From: Methanoregula sp. | GTDB taxonomy: Archaea; Halobacteriota; Methanomicrobia; Methanomicrobiales; Methanospirillaceae | Assembly: GCA_039698055.1 (NCBI GenBank) | Contig: JBDKTL010000024.1 | Span: forward strand, 4,264 to 68,263 | Reading direction: 5' to 3' | DNA: 64,000 bases | Shown: piece by piece, positions 48,713-57,692 of the stretch | Numbering within the stretch: the stretch's first letter is position 1 | How the letters are laid out: each line of letters starts with the position of its first letter | The notes under the pieces: model-generated | Databases searched by the model: none | Told to the model about the DNA's origin: nothing | What the model saw: the letters and a program-made list of their open reading frames with translations, nothing else | Translations under genes and position numbers: made by a program

Positions 48713-49543
48713 ATGGTTCCGATTGAATACCTGTTGCATTTTATTGAAGAAGACGCACCGTTTGGCGATGCAACATCAGATGCCATCATACCAGATATTA
48801 CCTGCAATGCTGTGATCCGGTCTGAGGAGCCTGGTATTATTGCAGGTCTTGAAGAGGCATCCGCGCTTTTTGCCCATTATGGCATTCAGATTAAAAGCGA
48901 TGTTGTCGATGGTGTTCTGGTAAAACGGGGAGACTTGCTCCTGTCACTCTGCGGGAATGCCAAAAAAATTCTGCTTGTTGAACGCACTGCTCTTAATATT
49001 ATCGGGAGGATGAGCGGCATCGCAACCCGAACACACCAGATGGCCAGTGTTATCAGAGAGGTCAACCCCCGTTGCCGGGTGGCGGGGACACGAAAAACCT
49101 GCCCGGGTTTTCGGGCGCTCGATAAAAAGGCAGTTGTTCTTGGAGGCGGCGAATCACACCGTTCCAGTCTCAGTGATGGAATCCTCATAAAAGACAATCA
49201 TCTCGTTCTGGTGCCGTTCGCAGATGCGGTCCGGGCTGCAAAAAACGCCACCTGGTATAAGAAAATTGAAATTGAAGTTGAAACCTGTAAAGACGCACTG
49301 GTTGCTGCAAAAGCTGGTGCAGACATCATAATGCTCGATAATATGAGTCCTGATCATATCAGGAAAACACTTGCCGCATTAACGAACGAAGGGCTCCGGG
49401 ACGTAGTTACAATTGAACTTTCCGGTGGTATCAATGGGGAAAATATCAAGGACTATGCGGCGCTGGGTGCAGATGTGATAAGTCTTGGTGCCCTCACCCA
49501 TACGGTCAGGAATTTTTCAGTAAATCTTGAAATTCTTACCTGA
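48713..49543 (+). CDS. nadC: Nicotinate-nucleotide pyrophosphorylase (quinolinate phosphoribosyltransferase)
   Basis: ERTALNIIGRMSGIAT, GTRKTCPGFR and IIMLDNMSP motifs; 276 aa. Confidence 0.9.
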   Translation: MVPIEYLLHFIEEDAPFGDATSDAIIPDITCNAVIRSEEPGIIAGLEEASALFAHYGIQIKSDVVDGVLVKRGDLLLSLCGNAKKILLVERTALNIIGRMSGIATRTHQMASVIREVNPRCRVAGTRKTCPGFRALDKKAVVLGGGESHRSSLSDGILIKDNHLVLVPFADAVRAAKNATWYKKIEIEVETCKDALVAAKAGADIIMLDNMSPDHIRKTLAALTNEGLRDVVTIELSGGINGENIKDYAALGADVISLGALTHTVRNFSVNLEILT

Positions 49544-49695
49544 TTTCCATTTTTTGTGGTGTACCCGATCATTGGAGTTACGGGTGGTTTTGCTGGTTAT
49601 GAGTAAGAAACGGGATCTCCTGCACCACTCAACAATAAAGGGATGGGATAAGCTTATCATTTTTCGTTTTAAAAAGGTGGTTGAAGGGATAAAAG

Positions 49696-50286
49696 ATGGT
49701 CGTTTCACAACCCCCCGAACCTGGGACTGATTTGGGATTGGTTCAAACACCGGATGTAGAAGCAACATTGAAGATAAATCGTAAAAGAAGAGTGAGGGGA
49801 CTTATCGATTTACTGAAAAGCGAGTACCTTGATTCCCGGTGGAAAGCAGCAGAGGCATTAGGAGAGGTGGGCGATCCGGAAGCCGTTGAACCATTGATTG
49901 CCGCATTAAAGGACCCCTATGTCGAGGTCCAGTGGCTGGCGGCAAAATCTCTTGGTATGATTGGTGACCGCCGTGCGGTGGAACCACTTATCTCGTCGCT
50001 CTCATCCCCCGATAAATGGCTCCGTACCGGTGCCGCATGGGGTTTAGGAAGACTTCACGAGAGGCGTGCGGTAGAACCGCTCATACTGCGCTTAAAAGAT
50101 CCTAAACACAAGGTTCGATCTACTGCTGCGGTGGCGCTCGGTATGATTGGCGATGCGCGGGCAGTCGCCCCACTCACCCTTGCCATCCAGGATCCCGATG
50201 CAGATGTCCGGAACGCTGCACAAGAAGCACTTGCCACAATCACAAGACAAGGATCAAACAGAGAGGCCGATACATTAACTTCCTGA
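49696..50286 (+). CDS. HEAT-repeat (PBS-lyase type) protein
   Basis: About five ~31-aa repeats of the type RxxAAxALGxIGDxRAVEPLIxxLKD. Confidence 0.75.
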   Translation: MVVSQPPEPGTDLGLVQTPDVEATLKINRKRRVRGLIDLLKSEYLDSRWKAAEALGEVGDPEAVEPLIAALKDPYVEVQWLAAKSLGMIGDRRAVEPLISSLSSPDKWLRTGAAWGLGRLHERRAVEPLILRLKDPKHKVRSTAAVALGMIGDARAVAPLTLAIQDPDADVRNAAQEALATITRQGSNREADTLTS

Positions 50287-50360
50287 TTTTTTATTCTTGA
50301 TACGATATCAGGACAACGTTTGGTAGTGGAAACGGAAACATCCGCAAATATCAAAAAAAG

Positions 50361-50951
50361 TTAGAGTTTTATTACTTTCACTTCGGTATTGACTGCATCG
50401 TGTTGGGTGCCTCTCCAGCCTTCCTGTGAACTGGAAAAACGCGGGTCAATAATGAGGAAATACATGCTTTTGTCTTTGATGGTAAATGTCATATCACTCC
50501 GTAAAACATTGCTCTGGGAGAATGCCGGCACAAGAGGACTGTAATCCCATTGATCTTTTTTAAGAATTGTGCTCCATTCCGGATCTGCCGTGATAAATTT
50601 GATCTCGTCATTTTTATCAATAACCAGTACATTCACCGGTTTGTCAGAATTTATTGATACTTTGAAAGAATCACCAGGGTAAAGATACTGGAAGCCGTAG
50701 TCTTCAAATGCATACTTCTGGAAGGTGGTCTTGTATCCGGACATCTGGTTAATTTTCTCATTGATAATGATCCGTTCAGAAGCGACGGTTGTGAGAGATG
50801 GAGATGCAACAGTCCCCGATGCTGATGGTGTCTGCGTTGCCAGAGGTGCCTTCGTTGCTGCTTGCCCAGCAGGAGTCGTACCTGTACATCCACACATACA
50901 TGCTAGGGTAATAAGGATGCACAGTACTAAAAGCCCAAAAATTCGGTTCAT
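50361..50951 (-). CDS. Secreted/lipoprotein-like hypothetical protein
   Basis: Signal-like N-terminus MNRIFGLLVLCILITLACMCGCTG, then a Thr/Ala/Ser/Pro linker and a ~140-aa beta-rich domain. Confidence 0.5.
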   Translation of the reverse strand: MNRIFGLLVLCILITLACMCGCTGTTPAGQAATKAPLATQTPSASGTVASPSLTTVASERIIINEKINQMSGYKTTFQKYAFEDYGFQYLYPGDSFKVSINSDKPVNVLVIDKNDEIKFITADPEWSTILKKDQWDYSPLVPAFSQSNVLRSDMTFTIKDKSMYFLIIDPRFSSSQEGWRGTQHDAVNTEVKVIKL

Positions 50952-51063
50952 ACGTTTACATTGCTTACCGGTTTTAATAATTTTTTTAAATATATTATTC
51001 CGGGAAATGCCTTAAAAAGAAATCATCAATATTCCAACACGAATCAGCTGGTTCACATTTGGA

Positions 51064-51429
51064 TTACGAAATAATCCGTATATCCTCCGCCGCAGCTACC
51101 TGAATCTCCTTTTTACCCTGATAGGTGTGGACGGTACCATACAATGAACAGTTCATTCCCTTAAAAAAAGAGCGATCTCTGGCTACCTGTGCTGGGATAA
51201 AAATGGTGACATTATTCATCTCGAGGATCAAATGCCCCCCGTTTTTAAGAACCGTTGCCTGATCCACGGTTCCGGTAAGAACAACCAGTTCACCCTCTGA
51301 CGACTGGTTGGTGAATACCGACGCAAATGGTTGTTTTCCAAGAGTGTTAAGCACAAGATGCGCTGCAAGAACTGCAACAGCGATGCTGATCAATAAAATG
51401 AGCGCAATCCGTTCCTGGTACCCGAACAT
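51064..51429 (-). CDS. Membrane-anchored OB-fold-like protein
   Basis: An N-terminal TM helix, then a ~85-aa segment (GELVVLTGTVDQATVLKNGGHLILEMNN...LYGTVHTYQGKKEIQV) that resembles tRNA_anti-like/BOF OB folds. Confidence 0.4.
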   Translation of the reverse strand: MFGYQERIALILLISIAVAVLAAHLVLNTLGKQPFASVFTNQSSEGELVVLTGTVDQATVLKNGGHLILEMNNVTIFIPAQVARDRSFFKGMNCSLYGTVHTYQGKKEIQVAAAEDIRIIS

Positions 51430-51500
51430 AAAAGAAATCTATGAGTCCCCGGTTTAAATGCCCGATAGGTTGATATGTTAACACTGTTAACTTATCTGTC

Positions 51501-51746
51501 ATGTATAACACAACATTACCCCCATCATCGAAAACGGTGCTCGGGATCCTTGACAAGGGTGGTGCCATGACCCACAAAGACATTGTTTTGAAAAGCCAGC
51601 TGGCGCCCCGAACAGTTCGCTATGCATTAAAAAAACTCAAAGAGCGGCATCTCATCATTGAGAAATTCAACTTCCGGGATGCACGACAGATCATCTACCA
51701 GAACCGTCCTGTGTCTGCTCTCGAAGCAATGTCTGTGGTTGTATGA
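51501..51746 (+). CDS. Small winged-helix (MarR/ArsR-like) DNA-binding protein
   Basis: 81 aa. SSKTVLGILDKGGAMTHKDIVLKSQLAPRTVRYALKKLKERHLI is a wHTH pattern. Confidence 0.6.
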   Translation: MYNTTLPPSSKTVLGILDKGGAMTHKDIVLKSQLAPRTVRYALKKLKERHLIIEKFNFRDARQIIYQNRPVSALEAMSVVV

Positions 51747-52051
51747 TAAAACATACCTGCACACTCATGCACTGTGATATGATGGTAAGAACACTTCTGC
51801 CACCTATGAGAGCAGAGATGGTGTACAGGTTGGTACATAATCAGGGAATCAGTCAGAGCGATGCAGCTATCCGACTTGGTGTCACACGAGCGGCTGTGTC
51901 TCAGTATATGAGTAAAAAAAGGGGTGCTGGTGCTGTTGAAATCTCAACAGAACTCGACGCAATGATCGATCGCTGGGCACTTGCTGTTGTCACTGGAGAA
52001 AGTGACATGAATCTCTGCGACGTCTGCCAGTGTGCATTAAAAAAGTTTTAA
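51743..52051 (+). CDS. HTH (XRE-like) transcriptional regulator with a C-terminal CxxC pair
   Basis: GISQSDAAIRLGVTRAAVSQYMSKKRG is the HTH, and the C-terminus contains CDVCQC. 4-nt overlap with the upstream wHTH gene. Confidence 0.6.
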   Translation: MIKHTCTLMHCDMMVRTLLPPMRAEMVYRLVHNQGISQSDAAIRLGVTRAAVSQYMSKKRGAGAVEISTELDAMIDRWALAVVTGESDMNLCDVCQCALKKF

Positions 52052-52149
52052 ATCGCAGATTGTTTATCGTAACGCGTTGTTTTTGAATTTCTCTTTTCTC
52101 ATAGCCCTTGTTCCCGGCAGTATATTTTTGCAACAGAAAAATCATATAC

Positions 52150-53814
52150 TTATCGACGATTCTTTCGATAATACAGGATACATAGCAGGCAAAAAACTGC
52201 AATTACTGCAGCAATTTTCAGATAATCAACCTGTTGGCGGGGCGATTTAACCGCGGGGTTCCAGTCATCCATAAAGACTTCATGGAAATAACTGGCAACA
52301 CCGGGGTGCTCAATGATTACACCAGCCTCCCTGTTAAAAGTTGGTGAATTGCTGTTCCAGTTAATACTGCTGACAAGTACTTTTCGGTCATCAACTATCA
52401 CTCCTTTGTTATGGATCTTCTCGATGCCGTTTGTCTCCAAATTTGCACACCGCGCTTCAAGAGGGAGATGCTCGTTTACGGCAATGCGATTGATCAGTGC
52501 AACCATTTCGTCGTTATCTTTTGTGTCTTCGACATTATACCAATAGGAATCCAGAAGCACCTGTACCTGCACTCCCCGCCGCGAGGCATTAATTGCAGCA
52601 GCAAGATACGGATTGAGTTCTGTGGCCGATTCATTGGTGATATATGCCTGTTCAATCTCAACACTTATCGTTGCAGAGTCCACAAGCACGGTTATCTGGT
52701 TACTGGTATCCGGCGCAAGTACTGGTGTTACAACCGCGTTATTAAATGTTGCCGGGGAAAAATCAGCCTCATATTCCGTTGAAGATGCGGATTCCGATGG
52801 CCCGGGGGATCCATATATGGGCACTATTGTATAACCGCCCGCATCCGTGTGGAAAACACCAGAGAAATACCCGGCAAGATCGGTATTCTCAAGATAGACG
52901 CCCCAGCCCCGGTTTGCAGATTTGCCGCCGGGAGGAAACCCGCTGGCTTTGAAATTCTCACTCGTCAGGAGAACTGCACGGTTATCTACGACAAGATACT
53001 TCGCATGATCATACCGGTAGGGAGCGTGCCCGCCCGTTGGAGCGGCCATCTCAAAAACCGGAATACCGCTCTGGTTCATCCGGAAAATCTCCATCTTTTC
53101 TTCCGGGCTTATACCGCCTACAGGACCACCTTCGACCAGCACTACCACATCGACGCCCCGCTTGCGTGCTTCAATAAGTGAAGTGGACAGGTTTGAACTG
53201 GAAAATTCGTAAACATTGACAAGAAGTTCATCACTGGCCCGGTCAACCACTGATGAGAACACCTCAAGAGAACAATCCGGGGAAACAAACGTGGTAACGG
53301 TTACATTTTGAAACGTTGACGGTTGTAACCGTGACTGCCCGAGCATAAGCACGCGCCGGTCCCAGATACCATTATCAAGATAATGCACCTGACCATCACG
53401 GGCGATGACATCGTCGGGCCAAGCCACAGACTGGACAAGTTTCCCGTTCTCGTAGAGCATGAGAACATCCCGTCCGTTTGCCATACGAAGCGTATTCCCG
53501 TTTATCACATTCGGAACAGTGGGGGAATTATCAATCCATTCAAAATCCGGGCGTTTCCCATGAGTTTTTTCAAACGATTTGGCATTACGGGTAATGGTGA
53601 TTTGTCCCTGAACCGAGGCACCCGGGGGAAACCGGAACCCGCTTTTTCCATCGGAAACGGTAAAACCATCGAGCGGTCCGCTGCCGGAAAGCACTATGTA
53701 TTCATCCTCGTCATTATAGGTATACGGATCCGGACAGAACTCCGTGATCAGCACCGCATTGCACGAAACCACGCACAAGCAGAAGAAGAGAATAAGTGCT
53801 ATGATACCGCGCAT
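52150..53814 (-). CDS. Lamin-tail-domain plus double PLD (HKD) domain protein with a C-terminal TM anchor
   Basis: Signal peptide, then LITEFCPDPYTYNDEDEYIVL (LTD-like). Two HKD motifs: HAKYLVVDNRAVLLTSEN and HNKGVIVDDRKVLVSSIN. C-terminal YLKIAAVIAVFCLLCILYYRKNRR. Confidence 0.7.
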   Translation of the reverse strand: MRGIIALILFFCLCVVSCNAVLITEFCPDPYTYNDEDEYIVLSGSGPLDGFTVSDGKSGFRFPPGASVQGQITITRNAKSFEKTHGKRPDFEWIDNSPTVPNVINGNTLRMANGRDVLMLYENGKLVQSVAWPDDVIARDGQVHYLDNGIWDRRVLMLGQSRLQPSTFQNVTVTTFVSPDCSLEVFSSVVDRASDELLVNVYEFSSSNLSTSLIEARKRGVDVVVLVEGGPVGGISPEEKMEIFRMNQSGIPVFEMAAPTGGHAPYRYDHAKYLVVDNRAVLLTSENFKASGFPPGGKSANRGWGVYLENTDLAGYFSGVFHTDAGGYTIVPIYGSPGPSESASSTEYEADFSPATFNNAVVTPVLAPDTSNQITVLVDSATISVEIEQAYITNESATELNPYLAAAINASRRGVQVQVLLDSYWYNVEDTKDNDEMVALINRIAVNEHLPLEARCANLETNGIEKIHNKGVIVDDRKVLVSSINWNSNSPTFNREAGVIIEHPGVASYFHEVFMDDWNPAVKSPRQQVDYLKIAAVIAVFCLLCILYYRKNRR

Positions 53815-53866
53815 AGAGAATCACATTCTCTATGCTTCTTTTATAATCTAACGATATACATTTCCC

Positions 53867-54496
53867 ATGACGATGACACCAGATAATAACCGGCAGCAGC
53901 ACGTTCCCTCATCACCGCTTGTCGTAAAAGTCGGGGGCAGTCTCTCCTTGAATATCCGGGAGATCATACCAGCCCTGCTTGCCAGTCCGCGAACACTGCT
54001 TATCGTGCCTGGAGGGGGAAAATTTGCAGATGCAATTCGCCGGCTTGCAGTGCACGATGATCCGGCTCACTGGATGGCGATCGCTGCGATGGAGCAGTAT
54101 GGGTGGATGCTGGCGTCGTACGGGGTGCCAACCACAGACATTCTCGCAAATCCAGAAATGACATCAGTATTCTTACCCTATTCAACCATGCGGCAATCAG
54201 ATCCTCTCCCACATTCGTGGAATGTAACATCAGATACTATTGCTGCGTGGGTGGCAAAAACGCTGGACACCGATCTCCTCATACTTAAGTCCGTGGATGG
54301 CATCATGGTTCGCGGAATCTTCCAAGATCATCTTACCGGCCCGGTTGAATCAGACAGCGTGGATTCCTGCTTTATACCGTTTGTCCTAAAAAGCAACGTT
54401 TCGACGATGATCCTCAATGGAACACATAGAGAACGGGTGGAACGATTCCTCGCAGGGGAACAAGTTTTAGGCACCCGCATTGGTACAACATTTTAA
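53867..54496 (+). CDS. Amino-acid-kinase-fold protein, MfnE-like ([5-(aminomethyl)furan-3-yl]methyl phosphate kinase, methanofuran biosynthesis)
   Basis: 209 aa. VVKVGGSL...LLIVPGGGKFADAIR matches my memory of the archaeal COG2054/MJ0458 family. Confidence 0.55.
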   Translation: MTMTPDNNRQQHVPSSPLVVKVGGSLSLNIREIIPALLASPRTLLIVPGGGKFADAIRRLAVHDDPAHWMAIAAMEQYGWMLASYGVPTTDILANPEMTSVFLPYSTMRQSDPLPHSWNVTSDTIAAWVAKTLDTDLLILKSVDGIMVRGIFQDHLTGPVESDSVDSCFIPFVLKSNVSTMILNGTHRERVERFLAGEQVLGTRIGTTF

Positions 54497-54541
54497 AGGT
54501 TCTAAAAGAGATACTATAGGAATCCTTGGAGGAGCAAACAA

Positions 54542-54703
54542 ATGTCAGATAAAAAATGTACATCCTGCAACGCTCCGCTTGCAGAAGAGGGTGCAACAGA
54601 GTTTGGGTGCCCCGCGTGCGGTGTCGAGATTACCCGGTGCTACCGGTGCAGGGAGCAGAGTATTCCCTACGTCTGCCCGAAATGTGGATTCGGGGGACCG
54701 TGA
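54542..54703 (+). CDS. Zinc-ribbon miniprotein with four CxxC motifs
   Basis: Below the ORF-track cutoff. My translation is MSDKKCTSCNAPLAEEGATEFGCPACGVEITRCYRCREQSIPYVCPKCGFGGP. Its stop lies 3 nt before the EF-1beta ATG. Confidence 0.7.
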   Translation: MSDKKCTSCNAPLAEEGATEFGCPACGVEITRCYRCREQSIPYVCPKCGFGGP

Positions 54704-54706
54704 GGT

Positions 54707-54964
54707 ATGGGTAGCGTCGCAGCCATTATGAGGGTTATGCCGGAATCCCCGGAAGTAAACCTCGAAGAGCTTAAAAAAGCACTCAAAGAAAAACTCCCGG
54801 GCATACAGGACATCCGGGAAGAGCCAATCGGCTTTGGACTTAAAGCGCTCAAATTTGCGGCCATCGTAAACGATGCCGGTGGGCAAACCGATGAAATTGA
54901 GAAGAGTCTCAGCCAGATCCCCGGCGTCGAGCGGGTAGAGACTATTGAAGTAACCCTTACGTAA
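54707..54964 (+). CDS. ef1b: Translation elongation factor aEF-1 beta
   Basis: 85 aa. VAAIMRVMPESPEVNLEELKKAL...EEPIGFGLKALKF is the canonical aEF-1beta pattern. Confidence 0.9.
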   Translation: MGSVAAIMRVMPESPEVNLEELKKALKEKLPGIQDIREEPIGFGLKALKFAAIVNDAGGQTDEIEKSLSQIPGVERVETIEVTLT

Positions 54965-55136
54965 AAACAGAGCTGCGCCAGCATCCTTATCAGAAAAAGA
55001 TAAGCTGACGGTGCACTTTTTTTAAACTCTTCTGATAGTAAGTGCATAACTCTTTTTGATCTGACGGGTCCTGGCGATCCAAAACGGCATTAATTCGGAT
55101 AAATTTCGTCCTGTGGCGGGATTATATTAAAATCGT

Positions 55137-56084
55137 TCAGATTCCGAGTTTTTCAAAAACAGTCTGCGTACTCGCGCGTATCTTTTCGACCGATTCACGA
55201 TAAGCGATGACTTCTGATTCATCAATCCTGATCGTTACAGGAAATGCACCGTTGTGGTTTATCCGTGCGGGCACACCTATACAGACATCCCCGATACCAT
55301 GCACTTCACTTTTCACATATGCAGAAACGGTTAGGATCCGGTTTTCATCGCCAAGAACGGTCTTAACCAGCGACGCGATCGCTTCACCTGGCCCGTAAAT
55401 GGTTGATCCTTTGTTTTTTATGATCTGTTCGCCGGTGCATTTTACCGTATCGATAAATTCACTCACCGGCAGGTGTGAGAACGCCGGCAGGTTGGATATT
55501 TTGATCCCGCCAATCGTTGTAGCAGACCAGAGCGGCACCATACTATCGCCATGTTCACCAATAATGCGCGTGTGAACTTCACTTACATGCACTTTAAAAT
55601 ACGTCGCAATAAGGGATTTCAACCGCATCGAATCAAGATGCGTCCCCAGACCAAATACCTGGTTTGGTTTTAAACCGGAATATTTCAGAGCGATACATGT
55701 CATCACATCGACCGGGTTAGTTACCATAATTATTTTGGTATCTGGTGCAACCGTGCCCAGTGTTTTAGCAATCGGCGCGATAATCCTGGCATTGCCGAGT
55801 GCAAGATCGAGGCGATCCTGGCCAGGTTCCCGGGGAGTTCCTGCAGTAATTACCACAATCTCCGAGCCGGCTGCATCTTTGAGGTTCGTTGTCCAATTTA
55901 CACGTATATTGGTGCCCCGTGCGGCAAAAGAATCGATAAAATCCTGAGTAATACCTTTTAAGAGTGCTTCGCGGCCTTCCCTTCCGTAGAGAAGGATCTC
56001 GTGCACATGCGGATTTGCAGAAATTGCATAAGCGGCAAACATGCCGACATTACCAGTTGCTCCGATAATGGTAACTTTTGACAT
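55137..56084 (-). CDS. mdh: Malate dehydrogenase (LDH-like family)
   Basis: KVTIIGATGNVG Rossmann start, ITAGTPREPGQDRLDL, NPVD and IGEHGDS motifs; 315 aa. Confidence 0.85.
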   Translation of the reverse strand: MSKVTIIGATGNVGMFAAYAISANPHVHEILLYGREGREALLKGITQDFIDSFAARGTNIRVNWTTNLKDAAGSEIVVITAGTPREPGQDRLDLALGNARIIAPIAKTLGTVAPDTKIIMVTNPVDVMTCIALKYSGLKPNQVFGLGTHLDSMRLKSLIATYFKVHVSEVHTRIIGEHGDSMVPLWSATTIGGIKISNLPAFSHLPVSEFIDTVKCTGEQIIKNKGSTIYGPGEAIASLVKTVLGDENRILTVSAYVKSEVHGIGDVCIGVPARINHNGAFPVTIRIDESEVIAYRESVEKIRASTQTVFEKLGI

Positions 56085-56096
56085 GATATCATCAAT

Positions 56097-56404
56097 GGGG
56101 ACGTGTTATCGGTCGAATGTACGTTACTACTTTTGCCAAAGTATCCATCCTCCACCCCGTTACCCCATGGGCGCCGGATGCCTACGGTAAGTCTGCTCCC
56201 TTCCGGGCCTGAACCGGTTCCCGTAGCAACAGGTCGCCATTCCCTCCGGAATTTTGATACCTGTCCATCGACCTCATGGGACGAGGTTTCACCGTCAGAA
56301 CACGCAAAGCTCCAGCAGGTCGTTGCAGCCTTCCTCAAACTTCGCCCCCCGCGTACCGACGGTTTCAGGTTACAGGTGACGCCGAACCACCCGGGCTAGT
56401 CCCC
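56097..56404 (-). ncRNA. ffs: Signal recognition particle RNA (archaeal 7S RNA)
   Basis: The minus strand reads GGGGACUAGCCCGGGUGGUUCGGCGUCACCUGUAACC...GGUUCAGGCCCGGAAGGGAGCAGAC...ACACGUCCCC, with the conserved helix-8 motif CAGGCCCGGAAGGGAGCA. 5' GGGGAC pairs with 3' GUCCCC. Length is ~308 nt. Confidence 0.85.
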
Positions 56405-56426
56405 ATATACCTTTGTGCCCCGGTCA

Positions 56427-56436
56427 ATAAATGCTT
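56427..56436 (-). promoter_or_regulatory. TATA-like element (minus strand GCATTTATTG) for SRP RNA
   Basis: AT-rich box about 23-30 nt upstream of the inferred SRP RNA 5' end at 56404. Confidence 0.4.
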
Positions 56437-56547
56437 TTTATGATCCCCGGGAATCTATCCCCGGGAACATTTGACATGATAACAATATTCCTAACAAGGA
56501 AAAGCAAAAAAAATCTGTATCAAATCTCTTTATAGATTTACAAGAGA

Positions 56548-57579
56548 TCAGGGAATAAAAGGATCCCCACCGATACGATTCTGCCAGTTGCTGATGATAT
56601 CTGAAACGGTGGAAGGTTTATTCTTTTCAAAAATATCAAGGGCTGTCACAGGCTCTGCGCCCTTTGGGAGGATATGACCCAGCAAGCGGAAATCCCCCTG
56701 GTAAACTTCAATAACCTGTTTTCCACTTGTTTCTGCAATTTTCACGGGCTCCCGTGTCACCGGGTGGCGTGCCATATCCTCCAGTTGTTCGAAAAGTCTC
56801 ACCAGTTCGATAGTTAGGTACTGCCGGTTTACCTCAAGATTGAACGCAGACCAGAATGCGGACGCATACCATGCATCATTCATGATAACATGTGGCACAC
56901 CAAGGCACGCTGCAGCAAGACCAAGTGTCCCGGCTCCACAACAGGCGTCCACGAAGAGCGGTACCGGGGGCGTTCCCACATGCCGGGTAACGGACTGGAT
57001 CTTCGGGTATCCTCCGCGCGGAAATTCAACATGTACCAGTGATTGTTGTTTGTAAACCACCAGCGGCCCGGTAACCAGTGGAAAAATATCTGCCCGCACG
57101 TCACACCCGGCGAGTAACTCATAAACCTTAGGGACGGCATCCGGATCAACGGTTGCCAGTCCGGGAATGAAAGGTGCAGTTTTTACGACACCCCGCACTT
57201 CGGGTACTTCTGCATGTATCCGCACCGCTGCCTTTTTTGATACCCGACCAGACATAAGGACAAGGGATTTCTTAGGGAGAAACGGAGGTTTATCCATCGC
57301 AAACCCGGGATGGATAAGAGGGGCCCCTACAGTAATGAGAGGATCAGAGGAGGTGAGATTTCCTTCTTCCTGCATGATGACGTACATATGGGCAAAAACA
57401 TCATCGATAAACCGTTTTCCGCAGGAGCAGGGTTCGGCAATAACCGGATTTTTTAGGGGGACGCGTTTATCAAGAACCCGTATACTGCACTCAGCACACG
57501 GAAGAAAGATAGTCGGCAGTGTTGAGAGAATGTCTGTTGCTGAGCGTACGCAGTCCATCCCGCACACCGGACATTTCAT
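56548..57579 (-). CDS. Putative SAM-dependent methyltransferase with N-terminal zinc-ribbon region
   Basis: N-terminal Cys clusters (MKCPVCGMDC...PCAEC...CSCG). The C-terminal half has FVDACCGAGTLGLAAACLG (motif I-like) followed by VIMNDAWY. Confidence 0.5.
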   Translation of the reverse strand: MKCPVCGMDCVRSATDILSTLPTIFLPCAECSIRVLDKRVPLKNPVIAEPCSCGKRFIDDVFAHMYVIMQEEGNLTSSDPLITVGAPLIHPGFAMDKPPFLPKKSLVLMSGRVSKKAAVRIHAEVPEVRGVVKTAPFIPGLATVDPDAVPKVYELLAGCDVRADIFPLVTGPLVVYKQQSLVHVEFPRGGYPKIQSVTRHVGTPPVPLFVDACCGAGTLGLAAACLGVPHVIMNDAWYASAFWSAFNLEVNRQYLTIELVRLFEQLEDMARHPVTREPVKIAETSGKQVIEVYQGDFRLLGHILPKGAEPVTALDIFEKNKPSTVSDIISNWQNRIGGDPFIP

Positions 57580-57692
57580 TCTGCTTCCTAAGATGTTCCA
57601 TAATAGATACTTTGTTAATTATTTTTTATGGGTATGATGAAAATCCTGTTTGGCGATAAAAAAACAAAAAATCAAATTTTAATAATCTAAAA

